From Echinicola arenosa (GTDB taxonomy: Bacteria > Bacteroidota > Bacteroidia > Cytophagales > Cyclobacteriaceae): 64,000 nt of DNA. The stretch's first letter is position 1; each line of letters opens with the position of its first letter. The notes beneath the pieces were generated by a model, which saw only the letters and a list, made by a program, of their open reading frames with translations, was not told where the DNA came from and did no database searches. Below are positions 1 to 10,168 of the stretch, one piece after another. The position numbers were made by a program, and so were the translations under genes. Location of the stretch: NCBI RefSeq assembly GCF_014841125.1, contig NZ_JACYTQ010000007.1, positions 203,257-267,256 on the forward strand. The letters run 5' to 3'.

Positions 1-323
1 TTTTGATCCGGGGCGACAATAGCTCCGGGCATATTTCCCCCAGCGGCGTTGATGAGCACATCAATTTTTCCAAAATCTCTCTCCACCTGTTCCCTGGCTT
101 TCATAAGCGCTTCCTCATTGGTTACATCTGACACCAAAGGAGAAGCTTGTCCTCCATTTTCATTGATATGGGTAACCAGGTCTTTTACCTTATTTGGATT
201 TCTTCCCAAAACAATGACTTTGGCACCTTCTTCTGCTAGGTAAGTGGTGATTTGACTGCCAAGAACTCCTGTGGAGCCACTGATTAATATAATTTTGTCT
301 TTTACAGAAAATAGATCAGACAT
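1..323 (-). CDS. SDR-family oxidoreductase, N-terminal part (gene continues beyond window start); possibly UxuB-like D-mannonate/fructuronate oxidoreductase
   Basis: Reverse-strand translation from the ATG at 321-323 gives MSDLFSVKDKIILISGSTGVLGSQITTYLAEEGAKVIV... with the SDR Rossmann TGxxxGxG motif. It sits immediately upstream of uxaC in the same orientation. The UxuB assignment is inference from context. Confidence 0.6.
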   Translation of the reverse strand, partial: MSDLFSVKDKIILISGSTGVLGSQITTYLAEEGAKVIVLGRNPNKVKDLVTHINENGGQASPLVSDVTNEEALMKAREQVERDFGKIDVLINAAGGNMPGAIVAPDQ

Positions 324-368
324 AATGTATGATAGACTTATTAATGATTAGCGATTAGCGAAAATAAA

Positions 369-1796
369 TTACTGGAAGTTAAAGAATCCTTTAGCATTGT
401 TATAGCAAATATCCTGTACCAATTTCCCCAGCCATTTTTCATCAGGAGGTAATTCGCCATTGGCTACATCATTTCCTATGAGGTTACAAAGCGTTCTTCT
501 AAAGTACTCGTGGCGAGGAAAGGACAGGAAGCTTCTTGAATCAGTAAGCATCCCTACAAAACAGCTGAGCAACCCCATATTAGAAAGTGCATTCATCTGT
601 TTTTCCATCCCATCTTTTTGATCCATGAACCACCAGCCTGAACCAAATTGTACCTTTCCCCGAACTGATCCATCATTGAAGTTGCCTGCCATGGTGGCCA
701 TGACTTCATTGTCTCTAGGGTTAAGGTTGTATAGTATGGTTTTACAAAGCTGATCATTTTTGTCAAGCTCATTTAAAAACAGAGAAAGGGCCTTGGCTTG
801 ACTAAAGTCCCCAATAGAGTCAAATCCGGTGTCAGGACCTAAAGTAGCCAACATCCTTTCATTGGTGTTTCTCAAGGCTCCCAAGTGAAATTGCTGGGTC
901 CATCCTTTGGCATGATAAAGTTTACAAAGTTCAATCAAGGTTACAAACTTGAAATAGGCTGTTTCCTGCGTGTTCAGTTTACCACCTGAAATCACCTTAT
1001 TAAATAAATCTTCAATATCATAGGTGCCTAAAGGAAAAAAGTAAAGTTGTTCCAAGCCATGATCAGCTAGTCTGCCACCATTTTCATGGAAGAAGGAGAT
1101 ACGGTTTTCCAGCGCTGCCATTAATTTCTCATGGCTGTTAATCTGAATATTACTGGTAGCAGAAAGTTTTTCCAAATAAGCTTGATAAGCCTTAGGGTCT
1201 TCCACAGCAAAAGATTTGTCAGGCCTGAAAGTAGGGAAAAGGCCTATGGGTATTCCATTCATATGGGCTTTTTGATGGTGTTCAAGGCTGTCGATGGGAT
1301 CGTCTGTAGTACAAACAGTTTCTACCTTCATGCCTGTAAGCAGTGCCTGAGTACTGTGAGAATCTTGCTGAAGCTGTGCCGTGGCATCTTGATACACCTC
1401 ATGGGCATTATCCTGAGAGAGTAGGCTTTCAATTCCAAAGTACCTCAAAAGCTCTAAATGAGTCCAATGATAAAGAGGGTTTCGCATGGTATAAGGAACA
1501 GTATAAGCCCATTTGGCAAACTTTTCTTCATCACTTGCATTACCCGTTATATATTTTTCATTTACTCCCAAAGTACGCATGGCCCGCCACTTATAGTGAT
1601 CTCCAGCAAGCCATATTTGAGAGATGTTATCGAATTTTCTGTTTTCTGCAAGATCTTTGGATGATAAGTGGCAGTGGTAATCAATGATGGGCATTTCCTT
1701 TGCATAATCATGGTAAAGGACATTGGCCATCTTAGATTGAAGCAAAAAATCATCTTGGATGAAAGTGGATTTAATGTCAGTTGTGGGATTACTCAT
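369..1796 (-). CDS. uxaC: glucuronate isomerase (uronate isomerase)
   Basis: 475 aa, full length. N-terminal region (FIQDDFLLQSKMANVLYHDYAKEMPIIDYHCHLSSKDL...HYKWRAMR) is typical of UxaC. Confidence 0.9.
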   Translation of the reverse strand: MSNPTTDIKSTFIQDDFLLQSKMANVLYHDYAKEMPIIDYHCHLSSKDLAENRKFDNISQIWLAGDHYKWRAMRTLGVNEKYITGNASDEEKFAKWAYTVPYTMRNPLYHWTHLELLRYFGIESLLSQDNAHEVYQDATAQLQQDSHSTQALLTGMKVETVCTTDDPIDSLEHHQKAHMNGIPIGLFPTFRPDKSFAVEDPKAYQAYLEKLSATSNIQINSHEKLMAALENRISFFHENGGRLADHGLEQLYFFPLGTYDIEDLFNKVISGGKLNTQETAYFKFVTLIELCKLYHAKGWTQQFHLGALRNTNERMLATLGPDTGFDSIGDFSQAKALSLFLNELDKNDQLCKTILYNLNPRDNEVMATMAGNFNDGSVRGKVQFGSGWWFMDQKDGMEKQMNALSNMGLLSCFVGMLTDSRSFLSFPRHEYFRRTLCNLIGNDVANGELPPDEKWLGKLVQDICYNNAKGFFNFQ

Positions 1797-2151
1797 AAGT
1801 CATTTAATCTGATTTTCACATAAAAAGGCTGAGAGCCATTACTATGAAAATTATACTTAATTTTTGATTTTTTGCGAGGTTTAAGTACCAATACATACAT
1901 ACAAATGTGTGTGTTGTTTTTGCCTTTTGAAGTTGAGAGAATACTTAAACTGCAAAAAAAGAACGAATGTATCTATAGTTTACAATAAGTAATATTAGGG
2001 AATGTTTGTTGTTTTTTTAAGTAAAAAGAACACTTTAATAACGGAATCGTTTTCGTACCTTCAAGGACACAAGTATTATTCTGAATTATCCAGTATCAAT
2101 AGGTAAAATAGTTTTAAATTTGATGTCCATAATAGTTGCTGAGAATAGTTT

Positions 2152-3171
2152 ATGAGTGGAATTAACATCAAGAAATTAGCCGAAGCACTTGGTTTGGCCC
2201 CTTCTACAGTTTCGCGGGCACTCAATGACAGCCATGAGATCAGTGAGAAGACCAAAAAAAGGGTCTTACAGATGGCTGATAAGATGAATTATCAGCCTAA
2301 TCCATTTGCAAGGAGCCTCCGAGAGCACAGAAGCAAGACCATTGCCATGATTATTCCTGATCTGGTCAATAACTTTTTTTCACAAGTCATTGAAGGAGTT
2401 GAGGAGATTACCCAGCAGTTTGGTTATCACTTGCTGGTTTACCATACCCATGAGAACCTCGAAAAGGAGAAGGAAATCGTATCCCATTTGCTTAATGGGC
2501 GGGTAGATGGGATCATGATGTCGGTATCCCACCAAACCAAGGAAATTGACCATTTAAATCGAATACACCAAAAGGGGATTCCGATAATTTTCTTCGATAG
2601 GATTTGTGAATCCATTCCAACAACCAAGTTTGTTACCAATGGTTATCAAAGTGGTTTTGAAGCAACTTCTCATTTGGTGGAGCAGGGTTGCAAAAGGATT
2701 GCATTCTTGTTGTTGTCCAGAGAGATTTCCATTAGCCAACAGCGATTAAAGGGCTATGTGGATGCTCTTGATCATCATGGCTTGGAATTGGACGAAAAGC
2801 TGATCCTTAGATGTGATAACCAAGAAGGAGAATATCATGACATAATCAAAAATTTTTTAAATCAATCAAACAAACCAGATGCTGTTTTGGCAGCGGTAGA
2901 AAAATTAGCCATCAGCACTTATTATGTAGCCAAGGAACTTGAAATTTCTATTCCTGATGATTTGAAAGTGGTCAGTTTTTCCAATATGAAAATTGCTGAT
3001 TTGCTAAATCCAAGTTTGACCACAATTGCCCAGCCCACCCATGAATTTGGAAGACAAGCTGCCAGTTTGCTGATGAAAAAGCTGAACAAAAAGAATACGC
3101 CTGACTTTGCCGATGAAGTAATTGTTCTTCCCTCCACCTTACATATTAGGGCTTCTTCTACAAGAAAGTAG
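2152..3171 (+). CDS. LacI-family transcriptional regulator (likely hexuronate regulon)
   Basis: N-terminal HTH IKKLAEALGLAPSTVSRALN followed by a periplasmic-binding-protein-like sugar-binding core. Divergent from uxaC. Confidence 0.85.
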   Translation: MSGINIKKLAEALGLAPSTVSRALNDSHEISEKTKKRVLQMADKMNYQPNPFARSLREHRSKTIAMIIPDLVNNFFSQVIEGVEEITQQFGYHLLVYHTHENLEKEKEIVSHLLNGRVDGIMMSVSHQTKEIDHLNRIHQKGIPIIFFDRICESIPTTKFVTNGYQSGFEATSHLVEQGCKRIAFLLLSREISISQQRLKGYVDALDHHGLELDEKLILRCDNQEGEYHDIIKNFLNQSNKPDAVLAAVEKLAISTYYVAKELEISIPDDLKVVSFSNMKIADLLNPSLTTIAQPTHEFGRQAASLLMKKLNKKNTPDFADEVIVLPSTLHIRASSTRK

Positions 3172-3270
3172 ATAGATACAACTTATTTCTTAGTGACCGA
3201 TATTGGTCAAAGAAAAGATGAAACAAAAAATCCCGAGAGTATCGGGATTCTTAGGCTTAGTGATGATTTT

Positions 3271-4203
3271 TTACTTGAAGGCATCGGCTTTGTGATAGGC
3301 GTCAATCAGGGCTTGCTCACCTTCTTTACCTGGCATGGCATTTCCATGTTCCATGCCACATACTCCTTTGAATCCTTGGTTATCAATCCATTTGAATACA
3401 TTTTGATAGTTGATCTCACCTGTTCCAGGTTCTTTTCGGCCAGGGTTATCTCCAATTTGAATATAGTCGATTTCCTCCCAGCAAAGCTGCATGTTTTTGA
3501 TCAGGTCTCCTTCATTTCTTTGCATGTGATAAATGTCGTAAAGAATCTTGCAAGCAGGGCTGTCCACTGATTTGCAGATCAGGTACCCCTGATTGGAATG
3601 CCTCAAAAATAGGTCAGGGTTATCACTTAAAGGCTCCATGACCATGGTTAAATTGTGGGGTTCAAAAACATCGGATGCCAATTTATAGGCTTCGATTACG
3701 TTGGCTGTTTGTTGGTCCAAAGGTAATCTCCGCTCAAAATATCCTGGTACCACTGTCATCCATTTGGCATTGACTATTTTGGCTACTTCTACTGCTTTTT
3801 CACATTCCTTTATAAAAGCTTCTTTGAATTCCTGTTTGCCTGTAGTTAGTCCGGTTTTCCAATTGAAGCCTGGGTCAATCACAAAAACCCCCATGGTCAT
3901 GTTGTTCTTCTCCAGTGCTGCACCGATGCGTTTTTGATCTTCCAGAGAGCGATTCATTAGCCCATTGTCCTCAAAAGCAGTAAAACCTTGTTCGGCCATG
4001 AAATTGATTTGATCTATATAATCATCTCCGGCGTGGTTTTTAAACATGCCAAAGTGCGGAGCGTAGTTCATATTGAATTCCCTTCTTGCTTTGGCTTTTT
4101 CTGAAGTGCTTGCCAGTGATACTCCGCTGGTGAATGTAGCCAAAGCACTTCCTAGGGCAGCATTTTTTAAAAAATTCCTTCTAGGGTTGATGTGGTTTTT
4201 CAT
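3271..4203 (-). CDS. sugar phosphate isomerase/epimerase (xylose-isomerase-like TIM barrel), Tat-secreted
   Basis: Tat-type signal MKNHINPRRNFLKNAALGSALATF. The C-terminal half resembles hydroxypyruvate-isomerase / AP-endonuclease-2 TIM barrel proteins. Confidence 0.65.
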   Translation of the reverse strand: MKNHINPRRNFLKNAALGSALATFTSGVSLASTSEKAKARREFNMNYAPHFGMFKNHAGDDYIDQINFMAEQGFTAFEDNGLMNRSLEDQKRIGAALEKNNMTMGVFVIDPGFNWKTGLTTGKQEFKEAFIKECEKAVEVAKIVNAKWMTVVPGYFERRLPLDQQTANVIEAYKLASDVFEPHNLTMVMEPLSDNPDLFLRHSNQGYLICKSVDSPACKILYDIYHMQRNEGDLIKNMQLCWEEIDYIQIGDNPGRKEPGTGEINYQNVFKWIDNQGFKGVCGMEHGNAMPGKEGEQALIDAYHKADAFK

Positions 4204-4483
4204 TTTAATATTGTTGTTAATTGCAGTGATTATTAAGGTTATTTTGAGAAATACAATATTTTCAAAAGCTGTTCAATATAAATAGTTATCTATCCATTCG
4301 CAAGGGATTTGGTTTACGAGTTCTGCCCTTTAGGATAAATGGAGGATATAATCTAAAGGGTATGAATTTTAAAATGTGACAACATGTGTCTGTCTTTTGA
4401 TTCTGCCTAAAGTCAATAATGTCATATAGTTGAAAAAATGTTACATTTATTACATTATTAAAGCTTGAATTCTAGGTGACAAT

Positions 4484-5452
4484 ATGAATCGAATAGACCG
4501 TTTAACCGCAATATTGACCCATTTACAATCCAAAAGATTGGTCAAAGCACAGCAGATTGCTGATCGTTTTGATATTAGTTTGCGGACGGTTTATCGAGAT
4601 GTAAAAGCACTTGAAGAAGCTGGTGTACCCATCATCGGCGAAGCAGGTTCAGGGTACTCGTTGGTTGAGGGATACAGGTTACCCCCTGTTATGTTCACAG
4701 AAGATGAGGCAATGGCTTTTGTAGTTGCAGAAAAAATGGTTGAGAAACTAACGGATAAAGAAAGTGCAGCCCATTTTAAATCGGCCATGTATAAAATCCG
4801 GTCTGTACTTCGCAGTGGGGAGAAGGAAATATATGAACAGGCAGAAACCCATATTGAAATTAGAAAGAAAGCCAATACTCTTCAACAAGCCGATAGACCT
4901 AAGACCATCCCTATGATTCTTTCAGGTGTAGTTAACAAAGTGGTTTTGATTATGGAGTATAAAGCAATCGGCAAAGATGCTGCGTCAGAGAGAGAAATAG
5001 AGCCAGTGGGTATTTATTATTTTTATGATCAATGGTATATGATTGCTTATTGTCGCCTCAGAAAAGCCTACAGAACTTTCCGAATAGATAGAATAATTTC
5101 AATGAAGGAATTGGATGAGAAATTTGAAAACAAACATCCAAGTTTACAGGCCTATTTAAAGGAGTTGGAGAACAAAAAGGAATTGACCAAGATTGTGGTT
5201 GAAGTGGATAAATCGGTGGCACCGTATCTAAACCAATCTAAATATGAATACGGTTTGGTGTACGAAACAGATGTAGCGGATAAAGTGGAGATGACATTTA
5301 TGTTGCCTTATGAGGATGACTTTATTAGGTGGTACTTTATGTTTGCAGAATATGCTGACATTCAGTCTCCAGATCATTTGAAGGATAAGATCATTCAAAA
5401 AATGCACAAAAAGTGGGAACGGTTAAAGAAATGCACTAGCCTACTGACATAG
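4484..5452 (+). CDS. HTH-WYL-WCX transcriptional regulator (YafY/BrxR/CapW-like)
   Basis: N-terminal DeoR-like wHTH (MNRIDRLTAILTHLQSKRLVKAQQIADRFDISLRTVYRDVKALEEAGVPI). The central block VVLIMEYKAIGKDAASEREIEPVGIYYFYDQWYMIAYCRLRKAYRTFRIDRI is typical of a WYL domain. Confidence 0.7.
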   Translation: MNRIDRLTAILTHLQSKRLVKAQQIADRFDISLRTVYRDVKALEEAGVPIIGEAGSGYSLVEGYRLPPVMFTEDEAMAFVVAEKMVEKLTDKESAAHFKSAMYKIRSVLRSGEKEIYEQAETHIEIRKKANTLQQADRPKTIPMILSGVVNKVVLIMEYKAIGKDAASEREIEPVGIYYFYDQWYMIAYCRLRKAYRTFRIDRIISMKELDEKFENKHPSLQAYLKELENKKELTKIVVEVDKSVAPYLNQSKYEYGLVYETDVADKVEMTFMLPYEDDFIRWYFMFAEYADIQSPDHLKDKIIQKMHKKWERLKKCTSLLT

Positions 5453-5724
5453 GGTTGTCACTACTAAAGCTTTAATTTGTCCTAAAGAAAACCAACAAAA
5501 CATAAAGAGTTGCTTCCGCGTACTTTCTTTATCTATGTCTAGAAAGTAAAATATGAATTACACAATTCCCAAAATTCAAAACAGAGTGATTTGAATTTTA
5601 GGAAAGTAAACTTTATGATTCTAGAGTTCGGTTTTCAGATGATTATATTTGTGTCACTTCTTGAGACGGAAAAGTGGTCGAATGATATAGAGATGACCTT
5701 AAGATAAAATAAATCTATTTTGTT

Positions 5725-5937
5725 ATGATTTTGGTATTTAAAACATCTATTGATAATGAAACTGAAGTCAATCATGTAGCTCCAGTTTTAAACAGGATTT
5801 TGGGAAACGGGGCGTGGAATTTTGACTTGGAAGATTGTGATAGGATTTTAAGGGTTGTTACCGAAGTAGATCAAGTAGAAGAAATTGCAACAGCAATCTC
5901 CGCATCTGGTTTTTTTTGTGAAGAATTGGGTGACTAA
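5725..5937 (+). CDS. hypothetical small protein (70 aa), doubtful
   Basis: ORF only; no recognisable motif. Lies in an 800-nt otherwise non-coding gap. Confidence 0.15.
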   Translation: MILVFKTSIDNETEVNHVAPVLNRILGNGAWNFDLEDCDRILRVVTEVDQVEEIATAISASGFFCEELGD

Positions 5938-6253
5938 GTTTTATTCCCAGTAACCAATAGTTTTTCCTTGGATTTATATGTTCATTTTGATAGTAAAGAT
6001 TAATAGGAGGAATGTTGGATTTTGAATTCGAATAATCAAAATAAGTCAGACTCATTCCTTTCTGCATTGTTAGATTCTCTGCTAGTAATACACCATTCAA
6101 AATCAGTTTCTTGATAAATTTTTTTAATCATTTTTCAAAAATCATTTAAGGTTGATTGCATTTCTAAAGTGATAGTTATTATCAATTATAATTAATTTGG
6201 ATTAAATCTAAATAGATATACTTTTGTGAAATTATCTATAATTAATCTAAATA

Positions 6254-7120
6254 ATGAAAAGGTTTATAACGCTGTTTTTAATATCTGCTTTGATGCTTTC
6301 ATGTGGCTCAAAGTCTTCTAAAAGTACTCAGCAAGAAGAAATATATTCGTCCAAAAAAATCATCACAGCAGGGGGGACTATTACTGAAATAGTCTTTGCA
6401 TTGGGGCATGGAGATGAGATCATTGCAACGGACAGAACAAGTACTTACCCTGCCAGCATGCAATCATTGCCTTCTATTGGATATAGAAATCAGATTCAAG
6501 CGGAAGGGATACTTTCGCTTGGTCCGGATATGATTTTGGTGGAAGAAGGTTACCTTAATGATGACGTCCTTTTCCAACTTCAAAATAGCGGCAAGGAGGT
6601 TCATGTTTTTGAAAAACCACTTGATAAATCCAGCTCAATAAGTTTGATAGAGTCTGTTGGACAGCTTTTTAAAGAAGAAGAAAATTCCAAAAAATTAGTG
6701 GGTAATCTCGAACAAGATTTTAGTAGGTTGGAGACATTGAAGACTAAGGATAAGCGAAACCCTGAAGTGATTTTTATCATGTCTAGAGGCCCTGAAACAG
6801 TCTTTTTGGCTGGAAAGGAAACTTTTGCAGATGCCATCATCCAATTGGCAGGAGGCAAGAAATCCCCAGTGGACTTTGAAGGAATGAAACCACTTACTCC
6901 AGAAGCTTTGGCTGCTATCAATCCTGAATACATCTTACTGTTTGAATCGGGTTGGAAAGCATCAGGAGGAAAAGATGGTTTGAAGGCCATTCAAGGAATC
7001 ACTGAAACTGAAGCTTGGAAAAAAGATCAACTGATAGCAATGGATGGTCATTATCTCTCTGGATTTGGGCCCAGACTGGGTAAGGCAGCCATTGAGTTAT
7101 TCGAAAAGACCCACCCTTAA
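6254..7120 (+). CDS. hmuT: hemin ABC transporter substrate-binding lipoprotein (HmuT/ChuT-like)
   Basis: Lipoprotein signal (LMLSCGS). Class-III PBP-like length and composition. First gene of a hmuTUV-like block. Confidence 0.7.
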   Translation: MKRFITLFLISALMLSCGSKSSKSTQQEEIYSSKKIITAGGTITEIVFALGHGDEIIATDRTSTYPASMQSLPSIGYRNQIQAEGILSLGPDMILVEEGYLNDDVLFQLQNSGKEVHVFEKPLDKSSSISLIESVGQLFKEEENSKKLVGNLEQDFSRLETLKTKDKRNPEVIFIMSRGPETVFLAGKETFADAIIQLAGGKKSPVDFEGMKPLTPEALAAINPEYILLFESGWKASGGKDGLKAIQGITETEAWKKDQLIAMDGHYLSGFGPRLGKAAIELFEKTHP

Positions 7121-7130
7121 GTTTAAAGCC

Positions 7131-8204
7131 ATGTTACTGTCTTTAAATTATCATACTGTCCGATCCAAACGCCCATTAATTCTGGGGATATGCTTTGTGT
7201 TGCTTTTAGCTTCGGCACTATTAGCCTTGCTGACAGGAGCTTACCCCATATCGCTGTCAGAAGTAGTGAATATCATTCTGAGCAAGTTTGGCTTAAATTT
7301 AATCGAAGTTCCTGATGAAAAAATGGCTGTATTGTGGACCATAAGGTTACCAAGAGTATTGTTGGCGATTTTGGTTGGGGGTGCCTTGGCTGTTGCAGGG
7401 GCCTCTTTACAGGGGCTTTTTAGAAATCCATTGGTAGAGCCTGCCATCATAGGTGTCAGTTCGGGAAGTGCTTTGTTTGCGGTAATCATGATCGTTTTTT
7501 CAGGAACGATTGGTTGGCAATTGCAATCCATCATGGGAGTCTTTGCTTTGCCATTTGCTGCCTTTATAGGAGGCTTGCTGAATACTTTCCTGGCTTACAG
7601 ATTGGCCAGTAAAGGAGGCAAAACTGATATTTCCATTTTGATATTGGCTGGAGTGGCCATCAATGCACTCTCAGCAGCTTTGATAAGTTTGGTAATTTAT
7701 TATGGAGATGATAATGCCATTCGAAACTTTACATTTTGGAGTTTGGGAAGTTTGGGAGGCGCCAGTTGGACAAAGCTTTATATAGCTGGAACATTGGTCT
7801 TGCTTAGTTCTGTAATCATCATGTCATTTCCAAGGTCATTGAATGCCCTTGCAATCGGAGAATCAGAAGCTTTCCATATGGGTGTAAATGTACAAAAAGT
7901 AAAGTATGTGGTACTGTTCTTTAGTGCCTTGGCCGTAGGTGCAGGGGTGTCTGTGACAGGAGCCATTGGTTTTGTAGGACTGGTAGTGCCTCATTTGGTC
8001 CGAATGGTTTTGGGATCTGACCATCATACGCTTTTGCCAGTTTCATTTCTGACAGGAGGGATTTTGTTGTTGGTTTCTGATGTCCTTTCGAGGATAATAG
8101 TGGCCCCCGCAGAACTCTCCATAGGAATCATTACGGCCATTTTAGGTGCACCGTTCTTTATCTATATACTGATGAATTTTAAGCAAAAAAGAATAACCGT
8201 ATGA
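7131..8204 (+). CDS. hmuU: FecCD-family iron/heme ABC permease
   Basis: Multi-TM protein with the FecCD signature region. Start moved to the ATG at 7131 (MLLSLNYHTVRSKRPL...) to avoid overlap with hmuT. The stop overlaps the hmuV start (ATGA). Confidence 0.85.
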   Translation: MLLSLNYHTVRSKRPLILGICFVLLLASALLALLTGAYPISLSEVVNIILSKFGLNLIEVPDEKMAVLWTIRLPRVLLAILVGGALAVAGASLQGLFRNPLVEPAIIGVSSGSALFAVIMIVFSGTIGWQLQSIMGVFALPFAAFIGGLLNTFLAYRLASKGGKTDISILILAGVAINALSAALISLVIYYGDDNAIRNFTFWSLGSLGGASWTKLYIAGTLVLLSSVIIMSFPRSLNALAIGESEAFHMGVNVQKVKYVVLFFSALAVGAGVSVTGAIGFVGLVVPHLVRMVLGSDHHTLLPVSFLTGGILLLVSDVLSRIIVAPAELSIGIITAILGAPFFIYILMNFKQKRITV

Positions 8205-9013
8205 TCACAGCCAATGGAATTCATTTTTGTTTAAAAAATAGACCGATTTTGGAAGAAATTGATGTTTCAATTTCTTCGGGTGAGCTGGCTGTGGTACTGG
8301 GCCCTAATGGAGCAGGGAAATCCACTTTGCTTAAGTTACTGACTGGAGAACAAGTTTGTTCGAATGGCAAAATAACTATTAACGGTGAAGCGATCGAAAG
8401 CCTCAAAACCAACGAGCTGGCAAAATATCGGGCAGTGATGCCACAGCATTCGGTTGTTAATTTTCCTTTCTCTGTAGAGGAAATAGTGGGACTAGGCGCT
8501 TTATCCCATGATAAGCAGACGCGTTCTTCCCAACTTTTGGAAGAAGTGATGAAGCTCACGCAGGTTGAAGCTTTTAGGCATAGAATGATCAATGAACTCT
8601 CAGGCGGTGAAAGACAAAGGGTGCACTTGGCCCGTGTTCTTCTCCAAATTTGGGAAGACAAGCCCTTTCCTAGGTACTTGTTTTTGGATGAACCTACCTC
8701 GAGTATGGATATCGCCCAACAGCATTTGGTGCTAAGTATTGTGCAACAGCTAAAAAAGCGAAACATTGGTGTTTTTGCCATTTTACATGATCTCAATTTG
8801 GCTGCTCAATATGCCGATAAGATCCTGTTGATGAAGGAAGGCAATATTCGTTATTCCGGTAGTGTTCAGGAAACAATGCAGGAAGAAAAACTGACTGAAA
8901 TTTATGGGCATCCCATTTCAGTTTTGCCTCACCCTTCTATAGAAAATGCTTTATTGATCAGTTCTGAAGCACTGGTCAACAACAAACAATACATCTCATT
9001 TAAAACAGCTTGA
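8201..9013 (+). CDS. hmuV: heme ABC transporter ATP-binding protein
   Basis: Walker A GPNGAGKST, ABC signature LSGGERQR, Walker B LFLDEP. Confidence 0.85.
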   Translation: MITANGIHFCLKNRPILEEIDVSISSGELAVVLGPNGAGKSTLLKLLTGEQVCSNGKITINGEAIESLKTNELAKYRAVMPQHSVVNFPFSVEEIVGLGALSHDKQTRSSQLLEEVMKLTQVEAFRHRMINELSGGERQRVHLARVLLQIWEDKPFPRYLFLDEPTSSMDIAQQHLVLSIVQQLKKRNIGVFAILHDLNLAAQYADKILLMKEGNIRYSGSVQETMQEEKLTEIYGHPISVLPHPSIENALLISSEALVNNKQYISFKTA

Positions 9014-10062
9014 ATATGAATACAATTGTTAAAGACAACGAGTTAAAAGAAAAATATAAAAACTTCAAAGCAAAAAATCCAGGTATCAGAATCAGGGAAG
9101 CGGCCAAGCAATTGGGTGTTTCGGAAGCTGAGCTTTTAGCGACATCTATAGGAGAAGGTGTAGTGCTATTGAAAGGGAATTGGGCGGATTTCATCTTACA
9201 ATGCAGAGATTTAGGGAGGGTTTTGGCTTTGACACGTTCCGAGGGATGTGTTTTGGAACATAAAGGTACTTTTCAGAAAATCAGTATTCATGGTACCTCT
9301 CCAAATCAAATAGCCACGGTGATTGGCCCCATTGAGCAAAGGATATTTTTTAGCAATTGGAAGTTTGGTTTCTCCGCTGAAATTCAGGGAGCAAGAGGGC
9401 CAATGAAAAGCTTTCAGTTTTTTGACAAAGCTGGAGATGCCATTTTGAAGATTTATATGCAAAAAGAAAGCAACCTGGAGGTCTTTGAGCAACTGACGCA
9501 AGCGTATAAAGCTTTGGATCAATCCGCTGTTTTGGACATGGAGACCATTCCTGGCCCTGAATATGCCAAAGAGGTAAACGCGGCTGCATTTAGAGAGGAT
9601 TGGGAAAATATGAAGGATACCCATGACTTTTTTGGGATGCTCAAGAAATACAAAATACATCGTTTGGAGGCTTTAAAATTGATAGGCGAAAAATGGGCCT
9701 ACCCTGTTGAAAAACTAGTAGTTAGAAATATACTGGAAACGGCTTCTGCAAAGAAATTACCCATCATGATCTTTGCTGGAAATAGAGGAAACATCCAAAT
9801 CCATCAAGGGAAAGTGAGAACTACCAGACAGCTGGACAATTGGTTCAATGTCATGGACCCGGATTTTGTGATGCACCTCAATGAGGACACCATAGACAGT
9901 GCTTGGGTGGTGCATAAAAACACTACGGATGGATTGGTGTCTTCTGTGGAACTTTATGATCAAGCTGGTGAACTGATCGCACAATATTTCGGATTGAGGA
10001 AGCCTGGAATTCCTCAAAATGTAAGTTGGAAAAATTTGATAGACAACTTACCGCGCATTTAA
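9010..10062 (+). CDS. HemS/ChuS/HmuS-family hemin-degrading/heme-trafficking protein
   Basis: 350 aa. N-terminal ...AAKQLGVSEAELLATSIGEGVVLLKGNWADFILQCRDLGRVLALTRSEGCVLEHKG... matches the ChuX/HemS family pattern. Translationally coupled to hmuV. Confidence 0.65.
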   Translation: MNMNTIVKDNELKEKYKNFKAKNPGIRIREAAKQLGVSEAELLATSIGEGVVLLKGNWADFILQCRDLGRVLALTRSEGCVLEHKGTFQKISIHGTSPNQIATVIGPIEQRIFFSNWKFGFSAEIQGARGPMKSFQFFDKAGDAILKIYMQKESNLEVFEQLTQAYKALDQSAVLDMETIPGPEYAKEVNAAAFREDWENMKDTHDFFGMLKKYKIHRLEALKLIGEKWAYPVEKLVVRNILETASAKKLPIMIFAGNRGNIQIHQGKVRTTRQLDNWFNVMDPDFVMHLNEDTIDSAWVVHKNTTDGLVSSVELYDQAGELIAQYFGLRKPGIPQNVSWKNLIDNLPRI

Positions 10063-10168
10063 GACGAACTCAATTTTTTATAATTGTCTCTTTACTTTTT
10101 GAGTTGTTTTGAATCCTCGGGCTTCGGTCCGGGGTTCATTTAACTCTTGAAGTCAGTAGTATTTAAAT

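Noticed and set aside
3193-3570. 125-aa plus-strand ORF antisense to the sugar-phosphate isomerase gene (similar cases at 1131-1687, 8221-8796, 9211-9660, 11201-12202, 25552-27101, 35206-36150)
   Set aside because: All are embedded in longer, motif-supported genes on the opposite strand and have no motifs of their own. Treated as spurious shadow ORFs.
5858-6100. 80-aa minus-strand ORF in the gap before the heme operon
   Set aside because: No signal, no motifs, and it overlaps the equally weak 5725-5937 ORF. Could be a decayed fragment, but evidence is insufficient to call a gene or pseudogene.
10063-10168. GC-rich segment CCTCGGGCTTCGGTCCGGGG between hemS and the TonB receptor gene, considered as a terminator/attenuator
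   Set aside because: It does not form a clean self-complementary stem by manual pairing and has no T-run, so it was not annotated.
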